Origin: a virus
Lineage: Duplodnaviria; Caudoviricetes
Strand: one strand, 5' to 3'
Virus record (IMG/VR): IMGVR_UViG_3300046167_000801
DNA: 64,000 nucleotides
A program made the translations under genes and the position numbers. This document shows, piece by piece, positions 1 through 9,665 of this stretch; the stretch's first letter is position 1; each line of letters opens with the position of its first letter. The notes under the pieces were generated by a model. That model was not told the DNA's origin. It saw nothing but the letters and a program-made list of their open reading frames with translations, and made no database searches.

Positions 1-662
1 TCAATAACGAAATAGAATGTTCTTGCGGGTGTACGACTTCTATAACTTTGCCAAAGATTGGACATACTGTCCGTACCTTTAAAATTTGTTACACACCATT
101 TATTAGAAGTACCAAAATTTTCAGCAGCTAACGAATATTGATAGAATCCAAAAGAAACTGCGTCTCTTTGTGTCTTAGGTTTATATATCCTAAAACCATT
201 TCCATCATCATATATCTTAAATTGGTCACCGAACCACAAGTTTTTGGATTCTTCAACCCATTCTTTTTTACCCTTTTTAGGATCTTCAAAAAAGTATGAT
301 TTTTTCTTAGTACCAACACCTATCCCAAACTGAGCAAATAGAGTACTAATTTGTGGAAAACTATAAGCGACAATGTCTTTAAGTTTATTTGGTAGGAATT
401 CGTCTCTCCCATTTTGACCATTGTACTTTTGAAGAAAAGATACTATTTCAGGTCTTTTAAGACTATTTAATTGGTCCTTTAAAGGTTTAATTCTATTTCC
501 TTCATCATCAGTACCACCCATAAATCTACTAAATATAAATTCAGTTATTTCGGGAGTAACTCTATCATCTTGACTATTCCACTTTTGGTGTAGAGCATTA
601 AGAAGTTTTTTGTTTTTAACTTCTTCGACAATTAGGTCGTACATTATACTTTTAAAATCCAT
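1..662 (-). CDS. Hypothetical phage protein, runs off window start; PcfJ-like 'WCVT...Y...FYFV' motif
   Basis: Hand translation: ATG at 662, open frame to window edge (MDFKSIMYDLIVEEVKN...NKWCVTNF...RTFYFVI). TATTTATA motif upstream at 681-688. Not in ORF track. Confidence 0.75.
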   Translation of the reverse strand, partial: MDFKSIMYDLIVEEVKNKKLLNALHQKWNSQDDRVTPEITEFIFSRFMGGTDDEGNRIKPLKDQLNSLKRPEIVSFLQKYNGQNGRDEFLPNKLKDIVAYSFPQISTLFAQFGIGVGTKKKSYFFEDPKKGKKEWVEESKNLWFGDQFKIYDDGNGFRIYKPKTQRDAVSFGFYQYSLAAENFGTSNKWCVTNFKGTDSMSNLWQSYRSRTPARTFYFVI

Positions 663-696
663 ATAAGAAATGTTTTCTTATATAAATATATGGGTT

Positions 697-1065
697 TTAA
701 CTTATAGTCGACGGTAATTGGGTCGAGATTGATAATTTAATACTATCAATTTCCTCTAATGCCGTTTTAAGAGTTCTTTCCACTAACATGAGTTTCATAA
801 TGACCTCCGCGTTTGGGTTTGAGTGTTCACTTATAAGATTATTTAAAACCATATTCTTAACCACTTCCTCATTATGAGAAACCTTAAGTCGATTCTTCTT
901 TCTTTGATGATATTTTCTTGAATTTTCTTTAGTACAGGAGACACAATAGATACTATGACCATCGTTCATTCTCTTGTTCTTGTAAAACTCTGTTAGTGGT
1001 AAATCTTCTTGACAACCACTACATTTTTTCATACCTTTTTTCATATTCTTTATTATAATATTCAA
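697..1065 (-). CDS. Zinc-finger protein (CxxC...CxxC of the type found with HNH/EndoVII nucleases) with coiled-coil tail
   Basis: KKCSGCQEDLPLTEFYKNKRMNDGHSIYCVSCTKE motif. Confidence 0.6.
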   Translation of the reverse strand: MNIIIKNMKKGMKKCSGCQEDLPLTEFYKNKRMNDGHSIYCVSCTKENSRKYHQRKKNRLKVSHNEEVVKNMVLNNLISEHSNPNAEVIMKLMLVERTLKTALEEIDSIKLSISTQLPSTIS

Positions 1066-1114
1066 AATTACTTTTACAAAAGTATGTATTAATTAGGATA
1101 TAGCCAAATACATT

Positions 1115-1681
1115 ATGGAAAAACTTTTATTTAAACAAGGGTATTATTCAGTATATGAAGTAACTGTCAGGAGTAAAACTAAGTATAGGGTCGATAGTGG
1201 GAAGACATTATTTGTCGCAAGATTTAATAAGTATATTCCAAATCCATATCGTGATATTAAAGATTTCACATCATTAACTAAGGCCAAGGAATATGTTTCT
1301 AAAAAATTAAAGAAGAGTAAATCGGTAAAGAAAAAGAAATTAGATAAAGTACCTAAGTCTTTGTATTTGGTTTTGTTAAAAGAAGAGAAGTCAGGTAAGA
1401 CATTTGTTAAAGTGGGTATCACCTCAAAAAGATTTATAATGAGACGATTCTCCAAAAAATACGGGTATGAAGGATATACCTTAGAATCTATACTTCGTAG
1501 GTTAGACACCCCTCGAGCGGAAAGATTGGAAGAAAGTATAAAACTTACTTTAAAAAAGAAAAGATCTGTAAAAAGTTACAGACCTCTTTTGGAAAGTTTT
1601 GGTGGTTACACTGAATGTTACGAATATGGTTCTTTAGAGACCATATTAAAAGTATTTGATTCGGCAACTAAAAATGTTTAG
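1115..1681 (+). CDS. GIY-YIG / T5orf172-like nuclease-domain protein
   Basis: LYLVLL...FVKVGITSK...RRF...E motif pattern. Confidence 0.5.
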   Translation: MEKLLFKQGYYSVYEVTVRSKTKYRVDSGKTLFVARFNKYIPNPYRDIKDFTSLTKAKEYVSKKLKKSKSVKKKKLDKVPKSLYLVLLKEEKSGKTFVKVGITSKRFIMRRFSKKYGYEGYTLESILRRLDTPRAERLEESIKLTLKKKRSVKSYRPLLESFGGYTECYEYGSLETILKVFDSATKNV

Positions 1682-2028
1682 CCTATACCTAACCAATTTA
1701 GGAATTTATCAATGATATCACCGTGTTCGGATCTACAAGATTTCATAATCTTGACTTCCTTATCTGTTAATTTTGATGCCGTGTTTGGTCCCCACACCCC
1801 ATCTACAGGGTATAATTTTTTCTTACTTTGGAAATTTTCAATGGCCTTTCTTGTACCATCACCATGTAAACCATCTACTTTTAGTTTAGCTCCCATAGTT
1901 TTATTTAAAAAACATTGTACCGCCTTTTTAAAATTTAACTCGGATGTCTGTTCAGTTACTAATTTTTCCTCAACGACGTTGTCGAGAATTTTCTTTACTT
2001 GTCCCTCTGTAAAAATGTATTTTTTCAT
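1678..2028 (-). CDS. Peptidoglycan-binding domain (PG_binding_1) protein
   Basis: LKVDGLHGDGTRKAIENFQSKKKLYPVDGVWGPNT. Confidence 0.8.
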   Translation of the reverse strand: MKKYIFTEGQVKKILDNVVEEKLVTEQTSELNFKKAVQCFLNKTMGAKLKVDGLHGDGTRKAIENFQSKKKLYPVDGVWGPNTASKLTDKEVKIMKSCRSEHGDIIDKFLNWLGIG

Positions 2029-2040
2029 ATTATATAAATA

Positions 2041-2661
2041 TTAGTTTAAAAAATTTGATAGATATCCACCGATACGTTCCGCACGTTGGTTAAGGAGTGA
2101 TAACTCTTTTTTAGATAATTTATTCTTCTTAAGGTAATCAATACCGATAGTCCCTATACATTTATTAGTTCCGATATCATGTAATGCAACTGCGTATGTG
2201 GAAATAGTTCCTGTACTTTCGGCAGCCCCTTTAAGTCCGTACGTCGCCACTTTAGGGTCGTTGAAGTCTGGTATATATAAATTACCATGTTCCATTAATT
2301 GGTGTGTAGATCTTTGATATAAACTTATAGGTATATTTGAGAAGATGTGACCTACGTTACTAACCCCTGGAGAACAACTCTCATACATAACAGAGAATTT
2401 CTGAATAGACTTATTGGTAAGTAGAAAATGACCCCCATTGTGGTACATTTTTACCCAAACTCTATCTGATTTTAATCTTTTTCTAATGTCATCTAACTCA
2501 TCCAAAATAGTTGCTGATTGTACAACTTCATTCTTGATGGGGTCAATTGTTACCTTCTTTCTTAACTTTGCTTTAACGATCTCAACGATTGTTGGACCTA
2601 ACACTGCGGTGATAACCGCCACTATAATAATTCCGATCATTTCTAATGTATGTGAATCCAT
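2041..2661 (-). CDS. N-terminal TM helix + GAF-like domain; T4 holin T-like protein
   Basis: Single hydrophobic helix (IGIIIVAVITAVLG) then SDRVWVKMYHNGG...KFSVMYE...IGTIGIDY, a GAF-type pattern matching gpT architecture. Confidence 0.55.
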   Translation of the reverse strand: MDSHTLEMIGIIIVAVITAVLGPTIVEIVKAKLRKKVTIDPIKNEVVQSATILDELDDIRKRLKSDRVWVKMYHNGGHFLLTNKSIQKFSVMYESCSPGVSNVGHIFSNIPISLYQRSTHQLMEHGNLYIPDFNDPKVATYGLKGAAESTGTISTYAVALHDIGTNKCIGTIGIDYLKKNKLSKKELSLLNQRAERIGGYLSNFLN

Positions 2662-2856
2662 ATAAATTTATATATTAATAAATACACCATAAAACAACCT
2701 TTTTCAATAAAAAAATAATTTTTTAAAACATAAATCTACAAAGTACTAATAAAACTAGCTCAGACGTTCGATAGTGTTGATAACGATCTTTATTTTTCTT
2801 ATATTTTATGTAAATCATATTTATCATATGAATATGTTTAATAAATTTCCCAACTA

Positions 2857-3393
2857 ATGACTAAAATAATAAATCTTTTCGGAGGACCCGGAATAGGTAA
2901 GTCCTCAATATCTGCAGGGTTACTATATAGATTGAAGAAACAACATATAAGTTGTGATAACCCCTATGAGTTCCCTAAATTATTAGCATGGGACGAAAAC
3001 CATTCTGCGATAAGAGATCAATTATTTGTTTTAGCTAACCAACATAGAGGTATAGTTAAGTCATATGGTAAGGTTGATTATATTATATTAGATTCACCAA
3101 TCATTCTATCGTTAACTTATAAAAACAAGTACAGATCTCAGGAGTATCCTGCAACGCTATATGGGGATACGTTCGATAAAATGTTATTAGAGATTCATAA
3201 TCAATATGAAAATATAAACATAGTATTAGACAGAAGTGAGGGTATTCATAATAGTAATGAAAGGTACCAAAATCTACAGGAATCAATAATATTAGACGAA
3301 GTCATTGAAAATTCGTTAGTACAACATGATTTACCATATCACAAAATAAAAGTGGATGACAACACAGTAAACAATATTTTAAAATTATTATAA
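2857..3393 (+). CDS. AAA_28/NadR-like P-loop nucleotide kinase/ATPase
   Basis: KIINLFGGPGIGKS Walker A; YIILDSPI Walker B-like. Confidence 0.75.
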   Translation: MTKIINLFGGPGIGKSSISAGLLYRLKKQHISCDNPYEFPKLLAWDENHSAIRDQLFVLANQHRGIVKSYGKVDYIILDSPIILSLTYKNKYRSQEYPATLYGDTFDKMLLEIHNQYENINIVLDRSEGIHNSNERYQNLQESIILDEVIENSLVQHDLPYHKIKVDDNTVNNILKLL

Positions 3394-4004
3394 TGTATCA
3401 AAGAATAAACAAACTTATTATTATTTGTCTCTTTATTGCGACACAATCTGTTTTCGGTCAGGTCAAAACCTATAAAGGAGAATTATATACCGTAGTCTAT
3501 TCTGAAGATTATGAACAACCATTACAGGTAACTTATAGAGTTATGTGTCCTACAGGAGAAATTAGTAGGGACGGTATGGATTTTTGGAAACCTTCTGGTT
3601 GGAATACCTCAGATAATGGAGATTATAAAGCAAACGTATACGACAAGGGACACATGGCACCTGCCGCGGCATTTAATTGTTTTGATAAACAAACACTTAA
3701 AGAAACATTTAACTACTTAAATTGTGCATTACAACACCAATCGTTGAATAGAGGACCTTGGAAAGAATTGGAAAGGTTTGAAAGGGACCTATCAAAAGTA
3801 TTTGAGAATGTTGAGGTAAGTATCACCATTCACTTTGATAATGAACCTACGTTTGTTGATGGCGGTGCTCAAATTCCAAGTGGGTTCACAAAAACTATAG
3901 TTGTTGGGAAAAACAAATGGACGTTCTATTTCGACAACATAAATTTGAAGGGTAGAGATTGGAGTGATTTCCAAATACCTAACAAGAGACCCGAATCCGA
4001 TTAA
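3393..4004 (+). CDS. Secreted DNA/RNA non-specific endonuclease (NucA/EndA family)
   Basis: YDKGHMAPAA (DRGH-type) and LNRGPWKELE motifs; signal peptide ending SVFG|Q. Confidence 0.85.
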   Translation: MYQRINKLIIICLFIATQSVFGQVKTYKGELYTVVYSEDYEQPLQVTYRVMCPTGEISRDGMDFWKPSGWNTSDNGDYKANVYDKGHMAPAAAFNCFDKQTLKETFNYLNCALQHQSLNRGPWKELERFERDLSKVFENVEVSITIHFDNEPTFVDGGAQIPSGFTKTIVVGKNKWTFYFDNINLKGRDWSDFQIPNKRPESD

Positions 4005-4010
4005 TAATTA

Positions 4011-4217
4011 ATGAGGTATCCCTCCAATAGAAGAAAGTGTGAATACATAAATGGTGAACTATATATAGTTCATGCAAAATACCCCCAAAACAGGGTTAAA
4101 AATGTCTTAGGGGTAAAAGAATGGTTAGGGGTAGACCACGTATTTAAATCTCATAGAGATAATACATATGTTTTTTGTGATCTAATAGAGTGTATTGAGT
4201 GGGAGGAGATTATTTAA
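4011..4217 (+). CDS. Hypothetical protein
   Basis: 68-aa ORF tightly following the nuclease gene. Confidence 0.6.
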   Translation: MRYPSNRRKCEYINGELYIVHAKYPQNRVKNVLGVKEWLGVDHVFKSHRDNTYVFCDLIECIEWEEII

Positions 4218-4557
4218 CACTAATCTTCCTACTTCTTTTTTTAGGTTTAATGGAATTATAAATACTATTAAAATTTTCCATGATGTGTTTAAAGATTGCG
4301 GCCATCTCGTAATTTTCAGACTCTTCATTCTTTTTCCATAGTATAGTAACTAAACTAAGTAATTCATTTTCGGTTATTTTAATCTTACCCCCTATTGTTG
4401 TATTAACAACTTTAAGTGCTACGTAAGATAAACCTCGTTTTTTGTCTTCCGTTAAACTGAAATATCTAGTAACTTCAATAGTCTGACTAACTTTATTACT
4501 GATTTTGTCGATTAGTTGTACGAACGACGGATGATTGATATCTACATTAATTGCCAT
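4210..4557 (-). CDS. Hypothetical protein with UVR-like helix motif
   Basis: Start reassigned to MAINVD at 4557; contains EESENYEMAAIFK. Confidence 0.6.
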   Translation of the reverse strand: MAINVDINHPSFVQLIDKISNKVSQTIEVTRYFSLTEDKKRGLSYVALKVVNTTIGGKIKITENELLSLVTILWKKNEESENYEMAAIFKHIMENFNSIYNSIKPKKRSRKISVK

Positions 4558-4615
4558 AAGTTCCTCGTTTATTAATAAATATCTGTTAATTATGATTACT
4601 TTTAGTGGTTTAAAG

Positions 4616-5005
4616 TTATTTTCCCCACTTTCCCTCTGCAACTATCTGGCAAATGATCCCATAAACTGATAAATCTTGGTAAGTATCCTTCACTGATTCA
4701 CCCACGTTGTCTTTGTTACCTAATAGAACTAATTGTTTTAGTCTTTGGATTTTATCATTCATTCTAAACCATAAACCCATTTGAGACATCTTGCGATCTT
4801 CTTTCTTCTCTAATGTAGTTCCCAATGAAATATTATCAGGGCCGTAATTAGATTGTTTTAGACAAAATAATTCATATTGTTCTTGCATGATGTTCTTAAA
4901 CATCTGAGTTGTTTCGGGGTAGTTAGATTCAACCTCAGACACAACATCCGATGTTACCACTTTTGTTACTAATTGTTCTTCCATATTAATTTTGTTGTTT
5001 GACAT
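4616..5005 (-). CDS. Nucleotide modification associated domain 1 (Nmad1/DUF1599) protein
   Basis: KQSNYG...LWFRMNDKIQRL...ESVKDTYQDLSVYGII pattern. Confidence 0.75.
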   Translation of the reverse strand: MSNNKINMEEQLVTKVVTSDVVSEVESNYPETTQMFKNIMQEQYELFCLKQSNYGPDNISLGTTLEKKEDRKMSQMGLWFRMNDKIQRLKQLVLLGNKDNVGESVKDTYQDLSVYGIICQIVAEGKWGK

Positions 5006-5085
5006 ATTTTAATCTATTTATAGTTTATATAAAATATACATAAAAAAACTGGTTATATCAAATATTTATAATTAAACAACAGATT

Positions 5086-5322
5086 ATGGCATCTAAAAAA
5101 TCAAAAGAGGTAAAAAAACCTGAGAAGTCTCAAAAACCAAAAAATCAACAATTAATTCAAATGTTATCATTTAGAATTGTACCCGCTTATTTCAAAGAAA
5201 TTGAGAAGGTGGCAGATAAAAAAGACATGACGGTCTCTAAATTGATTAGATCATACATTAAAGACGGTATGCATAGAGATAAAGACTTTACCGCAGATGA
5301 CAAAGGGTTTAATATAGGTTAA
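5086..5322 (+). CDS. Ribbon-helix-helix (CopG-like) DNA-binding protein
   Basis: MLSFRIVPAYFKEIEKVADKKDMTVSKLIRSYI. Confidence 0.65.
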   Translation: MASKKSKEVKKPEKSQKPKNQQLIQMLSFRIVPAYFKEIEKVADKKDMTVSKLIRSYIKDGMHRDKDFTADDKGFNIG

Positions 5323-6357
5323 TTATTTGTCGAACCTCTTAAATGAGTTTTGACTTATCACATTTGTAACTACTCCTCCAATAAAACGGGGGAGTATTTT
5401 TTTGTCCGTATAACTCATAGCGGATCTCAAATACGATGTAAAATTATCAACCCAACCTTCTAATGTGTATTCTACCTTATTACGTCTAACAACCCCTTCC
5501 GATGTTTTTAAATTTTCCTTACCTAAAGATTTTTGTACTTCTTTGGTACTCATACCTCTGAATACTTTATATAGTGGAATATCTGAGTTAAAACATTCTT
5601 TTGCGAATTTACTATATTGGTCGATACGTTCATCTCCCTTATTTGTTGTTTCACCACAACTCTCTAATGACTTATTGAAGACAGAACCCAACATAACATA
5701 GTCAGCCCCCAATGCAAGTGCTTTGATAATATCTGCGTATGTTTTGAACCCTCCATCGGCAACTATTTTACAGTCAAGATGTCTATTTCTCTTTTTAATC
5801 TTATTACATTCGTAAATTAAAGATGCCATTGGGTAACCAACACCTGTTTGAACGGTTGTTAAACATCCCCCACCATTTCCAATACCAATCCTTACATAAT
5901 CCGCACCTGCAAGACAGTAGTGGTAAAAAGTATCGGGATTTGCAACATTACCCACCATCAACTTTAACCTGTTTTGATGTTTTGATTTTGCGGTACGACA
6001 CGAACTCAGTAAGTCTGACATATGACCATTAGCCACGTCAATGAGTGCATACACGACCTTACCTTTAGGAATTTTAAAATTCTTATTTAAGAATATACTA
6101 TCAAATTCGGTCAGACTATAGGATAAAAAATGTTCGTCACTAATATGGGTATCATCAGGATTCTTAATGCGGGGTAAAACCACCGTTATACCTAAATTAC
6201 TGAAGTAATGATGGTTTTTCTCATCAACAACGGTATCCATAGGTGCTGTCATCAAAGGTAATTTGTCTTGATCGTAATAGGGAGTTACCTGTGATCTTGA
6301 TCTCACAGATGTAGTAGGCGCAGGCTGAATTAATATATCATTAAAATCGTACAACAT
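5323..6357 (-). CDS. GMP reductase / IMP dehydrogenase family protein (no CBS domains)
   Basis: PLMTAPMDTV, IDVANGH, VRIGIGNGGGCLT (catalytic Cys), IVADGG, GADYVMLGS, FRGM motifs. Confidence 0.9.
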   Translation of the reverse strand: MLYDFNDILIQPAPTTSVRSRSQVTPYYDQDKLPLMTAPMDTVVDEKNHHYFSNLGITVVLPRIKNPDDTHISDEHFLSYSLTEFDSIFLNKNFKIPKGKVVYALIDVANGHMSDLLSSCRTAKSKHQNRLKLMVGNVANPDTFYHYCLAGADYVRIGIGNGGGCLTTVQTGVGYPMASLIYECNKIKKRNRHLDCKIVADGGFKTYADIIKALALGADYVMLGSVFNKSLESCGETTNKGDERIDQYSKFAKECFNSDIPLYKVFRGMSTKEVQKSLGKENLKTSEGVVRRNKVEYTLEGWVDNFTSYLRSAMSYTDKKILPRFIGGVVTNVISQNSFKRFDK

Positions 6358-6369
6358 GTTTAAGAATTT

Positions 6370-6726
6370 TTAGTTTTTTAATTTTTTGGCAATCTGTTTA
6401 CCTTTCTTAGTCAAGAAGAAGTGTTCTTTAGTGTTATCATCTTCATAGGACTCCATGATACCTTCGTCTTTTAATTGATACATGATTGATCCCGTAATTA
6501 TTTTTTTTAGAATAGAGTCGAATTCATCCTCACTCCAAAAGAAATCTAATTCAAGTGAGGGTTCTTCAACGTACTTATCAGTCACCAATTGGATAAGGTA
6601 TTTAGTTGCATATTCTTCCCCTATTTTATAATCATCGAAGAAAAACGATTCTCTCAAACCCTCCAAAATATTTTCTACATGGTGTAGAACTACTTTAGGT
6701 GCATTATATGTATTACTGAGTGACAT
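6370..6726 (-). CDS. Hypothetical protein (C-terminal winged-helix-like)
   Basis: Start reassigned to MSLSN at 6726; ends LKDEGIMESYED...FFLTKKGK. Confidence 0.6.
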   Translation of the reverse strand: MSLSNTYNAPKVVLHHVENILEGLRESFFFDDYKIGEEYATKYLIQLVTDKYVEEPSLELDFFWSEDEFDSILKKIITGSIMYQLKDEGIMESYEDDNTKEHFFLTKKGKQIAKKLKN

Positions 6727-6795
6727 ACTTATAAGATACATAAAAATAATATTCAAGTCAACCCCCCTCATAAACACTTTCTTTTTTTAAAAAAA

Positions 6796-6811
6796 TTACT
6801 TATATTTTATT
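6796..6811 (+). promoter_or_regulatory. Putative early/middle promoter element TTACTTATATTTTATT
   Basis: Identical 16-mer at 41910-41925, both upstream of + genes; resembles the Bacteroidota -7 element TAnnTTTG. Confidence 0.5.
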
Positions 6812-6832
6812 TTAAAACAAGTAATTACTATT

Positions 6833-8086
6833 ATGGCAAAAAACGGAAAAATATTTATTCAGATCGCATCCTATAGAGATCCAGAACTGATTAACACCTT
6901 AGATGATTGTATTGATAAGGCAGACAAACCTGAAAAGTTGGTATTTGGTATTTGTTGGCAACACTCTGATGAAGATGAGTGGGACAATATAGACAAATAT
7001 AAAGATGATAAAAGATTTAAAATTGTTGATGTCAATTATAAAGACTCTAAAGGTGCGTGTTGGGCAAGAAACACACTACAACAAGAATATACAAACGAGG
7101 AGTATACATTACAGTTAGATTCCCACCACAGATTTATTGAGGGTTGGGATACTGAACTTATAAAGATGTTGAAGGGGTTACAAAAGAAAGGACATAAAAA
7201 ACCTTTATTGACTTCTTATATTTCATCTTATAATCCAGAGAACGACCCTGAAGGAAGAGTTAAAGTTCCATGGTTAATGAACTTTGATAGGTTTATACCT
7301 GAAGGTGCGGTTTTCTTCTTACCCGCAACAATACCGGGTTGGGAAAAGATGACAGAACCAATACCTGGTAGATTCTACTCGGCACATTTTGCATTTAGTT
7401 TAGGTAGTTTCGTTAAAGAAGTACCTCACGATCCCGAGTATTATTTCCACGGTGAAGAAATAAGTATTGCGGTAAGATCGTACACCCATGGTTATGACTT
7501 ATTTCACCCACACAAAATTATCGCTTGGCACGAATATACTCGTAAAGGTAGAACCAAACAATGGGATGATGATAAAACTTGGGGTGATAGAAATACTAAC
7601 TCTCATTTACGAAATAGGAAGTTATTTGAAATGGATGGTTTAGAGAAGGATATAGATTTTGGGATTTATGATTTCGGTACTGAAAGAACTTTAGAGGATT
7701 ATGAAAGATATGCGGGTGTCAATTTCAAAAAGAGATCCGTACAGGAGTATACAAAGAAAAATAATTTTGCACCAAACCCACCTCTATATGGTGAGGAATA
7801 TGAATCATCTTGGACGAGATCATTTAAACATTGTATTAATATACATAGGTCTTCCGTTACTGAAAAAGACTACTCATTTTGGGCGGTTATTTTCGAAGAT
7901 GAGGATGGTACACCTATACACAGAGAAGATTTAAATAAACAACAAATAGACACTTATCTTAACAGTTCAAAGGACACATTTAATGTGTGGAAAGAATTTG
8001 AAACTGTTAGACAACCTCAAAAGTGGATTGTTTGGCCACACTCGGAATCTAAGGGTTGGTTAGAAAAAATAGAAGGTAAATTATGA
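6833..8086 (+). CDS. Glycosyltransferase, GlcNAc-transferase (Gnt1/Skp1-GlcNAcT-like, PF11397-type)
   Basis: IFIQIASYRDPEL, SKGACWARN, QLDSHHRF, FHGEEISIAVRSYTHGYDLF motifs. Confidence 0.85.
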   Translation: MAKNGKIFIQIASYRDPELINTLDDCIDKADKPEKLVFGICWQHSDEDEWDNIDKYKDDKRFKIVDVNYKDSKGACWARNTLQQEYTNEEYTLQLDSHHRFIEGWDTELIKMLKGLQKKGHKKPLLTSYISSYNPENDPEGRVKVPWLMNFDRFIPEGAVFFLPATIPGWEKMTEPIPGRFYSAHFAFSLGSFVKEVPHDPEYYFHGEEISIAVRSYTHGYDLFHPHKIIAWHEYTRKGRTKQWDDDKTWGDRNTNSHLRNRKLFEMDGLEKDIDFGIYDFGTERTLEDYERYAGVNFKKRSVQEYTKKNNFAPNPPLYGEEYESSWTRSFKHCINIHRSSVTEKDYSFWAVIFEDEDGTPIHREDLNKQQIDTYLNSSKDTFNVWKEFETVRQPQKWIVWPHSESKGWLEKIEGKL

Positions 8087-8911
8087 AAAAAGTATTAACA
8101 GGATTTAGTAATAACATATCCCAACATAAAAATAAAATTAAATGGTGGGTAGAAAGTTTTAGAAAACATTCAGACGCGGAGATTGTTTTAATTGCCTGCA
8201 AATACCACAGATGAAGATAGACAAGCACTAGAAGATCTTAAGGTAAAATATGTGGAGGTTATTGAGGAGGACACATGGAGAATTAACCACCAAAGACTAA
8301 TTCACACAAGAAATTTTATAGAGTCTTATGATGCTGATTTATTTTTAGCTACAGATGTATTTGACGTTTTATTTCATTCAGATCCTTTTGAGATGTTAGA
8401 TACCGATAATCATGATATATGGTTTAGTAGAGAAGGTATTTTAGTTAGGGAAGAACCGTGGAACGCGGATGTATTAAAAAAGACATTTCCTAATGAAGTA
8501 CAATCATGTATGAATACTGAGATAGTTTGTTCGGGTATAATGGCGGGTAAGAAAGATGCATTTGTAAAGTTGTACGATAAAATGTATGAAATGTGTGAAA
8601 ATAGTGAAGACGGACATAATATTAAAGATCAGGCGGCACTAATCGTTTTAGTTAAAGATCAATGGATTGAGAATCTAAGAATCTTTGATTTAGATGAGGG
8701 GTGGGCAATGCATTGTGCAACGTCGGGACCAACACAGTACTTTACTCAATGGGGTATGAAAAACAACATTATAGGTAAGGGTTATGGAATACCCGAATTA
8801 AAGGAAGACGGTTTCGTTTATAATAGTAAAACAAATAATAAATACACCATGGTTCACCAATTCAATAGAATTGAGGAGTGGTCAAATATTTTAACAAAAG
8901 AGTATGAGTAG
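8083..8911 (+). CDS. Glycosyltransferase-like protein interrupted by a +1 frameshift near 8195-8197
   Basis: ATG 8083 (ATGA overlap with upstream stop) reads MKKVLTGFSNN...EIVLIA and stops at 8214. The +1 frame continues ANTTDEDR...ATDVFDVLFHSDPF...KDQAAL...HQFNR. Confidence 0.7.
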
Positions 8912-9665
8912 AAATATTGCATGTATGTGTACGATGTCACATCAACACAATAGGTTAGATACCGATTGGTTACCTCTTATAACCAAAGATAATTATGATA
9001 AGGAATTAATTGTTGATGTTACAAAAGACCAGTCATTTAAACCCGGTTTTCACTTTACCGAGGATGAGGTTAGAACAAATCTTAATTTTCCACATAATGT
9101 AAGTAAGAGACATTATTGGAATAGTCATGGTAACAGGAACATCATTTGGTTTCATGCACATTTACGTATGTTAAATTTTTACTTATCTAATCCTGATTAC
9201 GAATATTATTGGTTTTTCGATGATGACGTAAGAATAGATGATTGGAATTCATTTTTAACTCAGACAGATACAGATGATTCCGATTTCATATCATATTTTG
9301 TATTTAAAAAAGATGGGGTTAATAGTCAACCTAATGTCCCTGTGATAGATAATAGAACAACATCATCACACATGTGGTTAGAGAGATTCCCTGGTGACGG
9401 GGATACACTACCGGATGGTATTACAGAATGGTTTGGTTCATTCTTCCCTACAGTAAGGTATTCTAACAGGGCAATGAAAAAATTATTAGAATTAAATAAT
9501 CAAGGTTACCATGGTTATGGTGAAGGGTTTGTACCGACAGTCTTAAATCAATGTGGTATGAAAATAACAAGTTTAATTACTTCAAATGATGATTCTAATT
9601 TATTTGATTTTGGAAACAATAAAATTTGGCACAAAAACACAATTGTAGATTGGGCATGGATATAA
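8904..9665 (+). CDS. Putative glycosyltransferase (GT-A, DxD motif)
   Basis: PDYEYYWFFDDDV; embedded in GT cluster. Confidence 0.6.
   Translation: MSRNIACMCTMSHQHNRLDTDWLPLITKDNYDKELIVDVTKDQSFKPGFHFTEDEVRTNLNFPHNVSKRHYWNSHGNRNIIWFHAHLRMLNFYLSNPDYEYYWFFDDDVRIDDWNSFLTQTDTDDSDFISYFVFKKDGVNSQPNVPVIDNRTTSSHMWLERFPGDGDTLPDGITEWFGSFFPTVRYSNRAMKKLLELNNQGYHGYGEGFVPTVLNQCGMKITSLITSNDDSNLFDFGNNKIWHKNTIVDWAWI

Noticed and set aside
2755-2790. TAGCTCAG...GTTCGA fragment resembling tRNA arms
   Set aside because: The two motifs are only a few nt apart and no acceptor or anticodon stems form.
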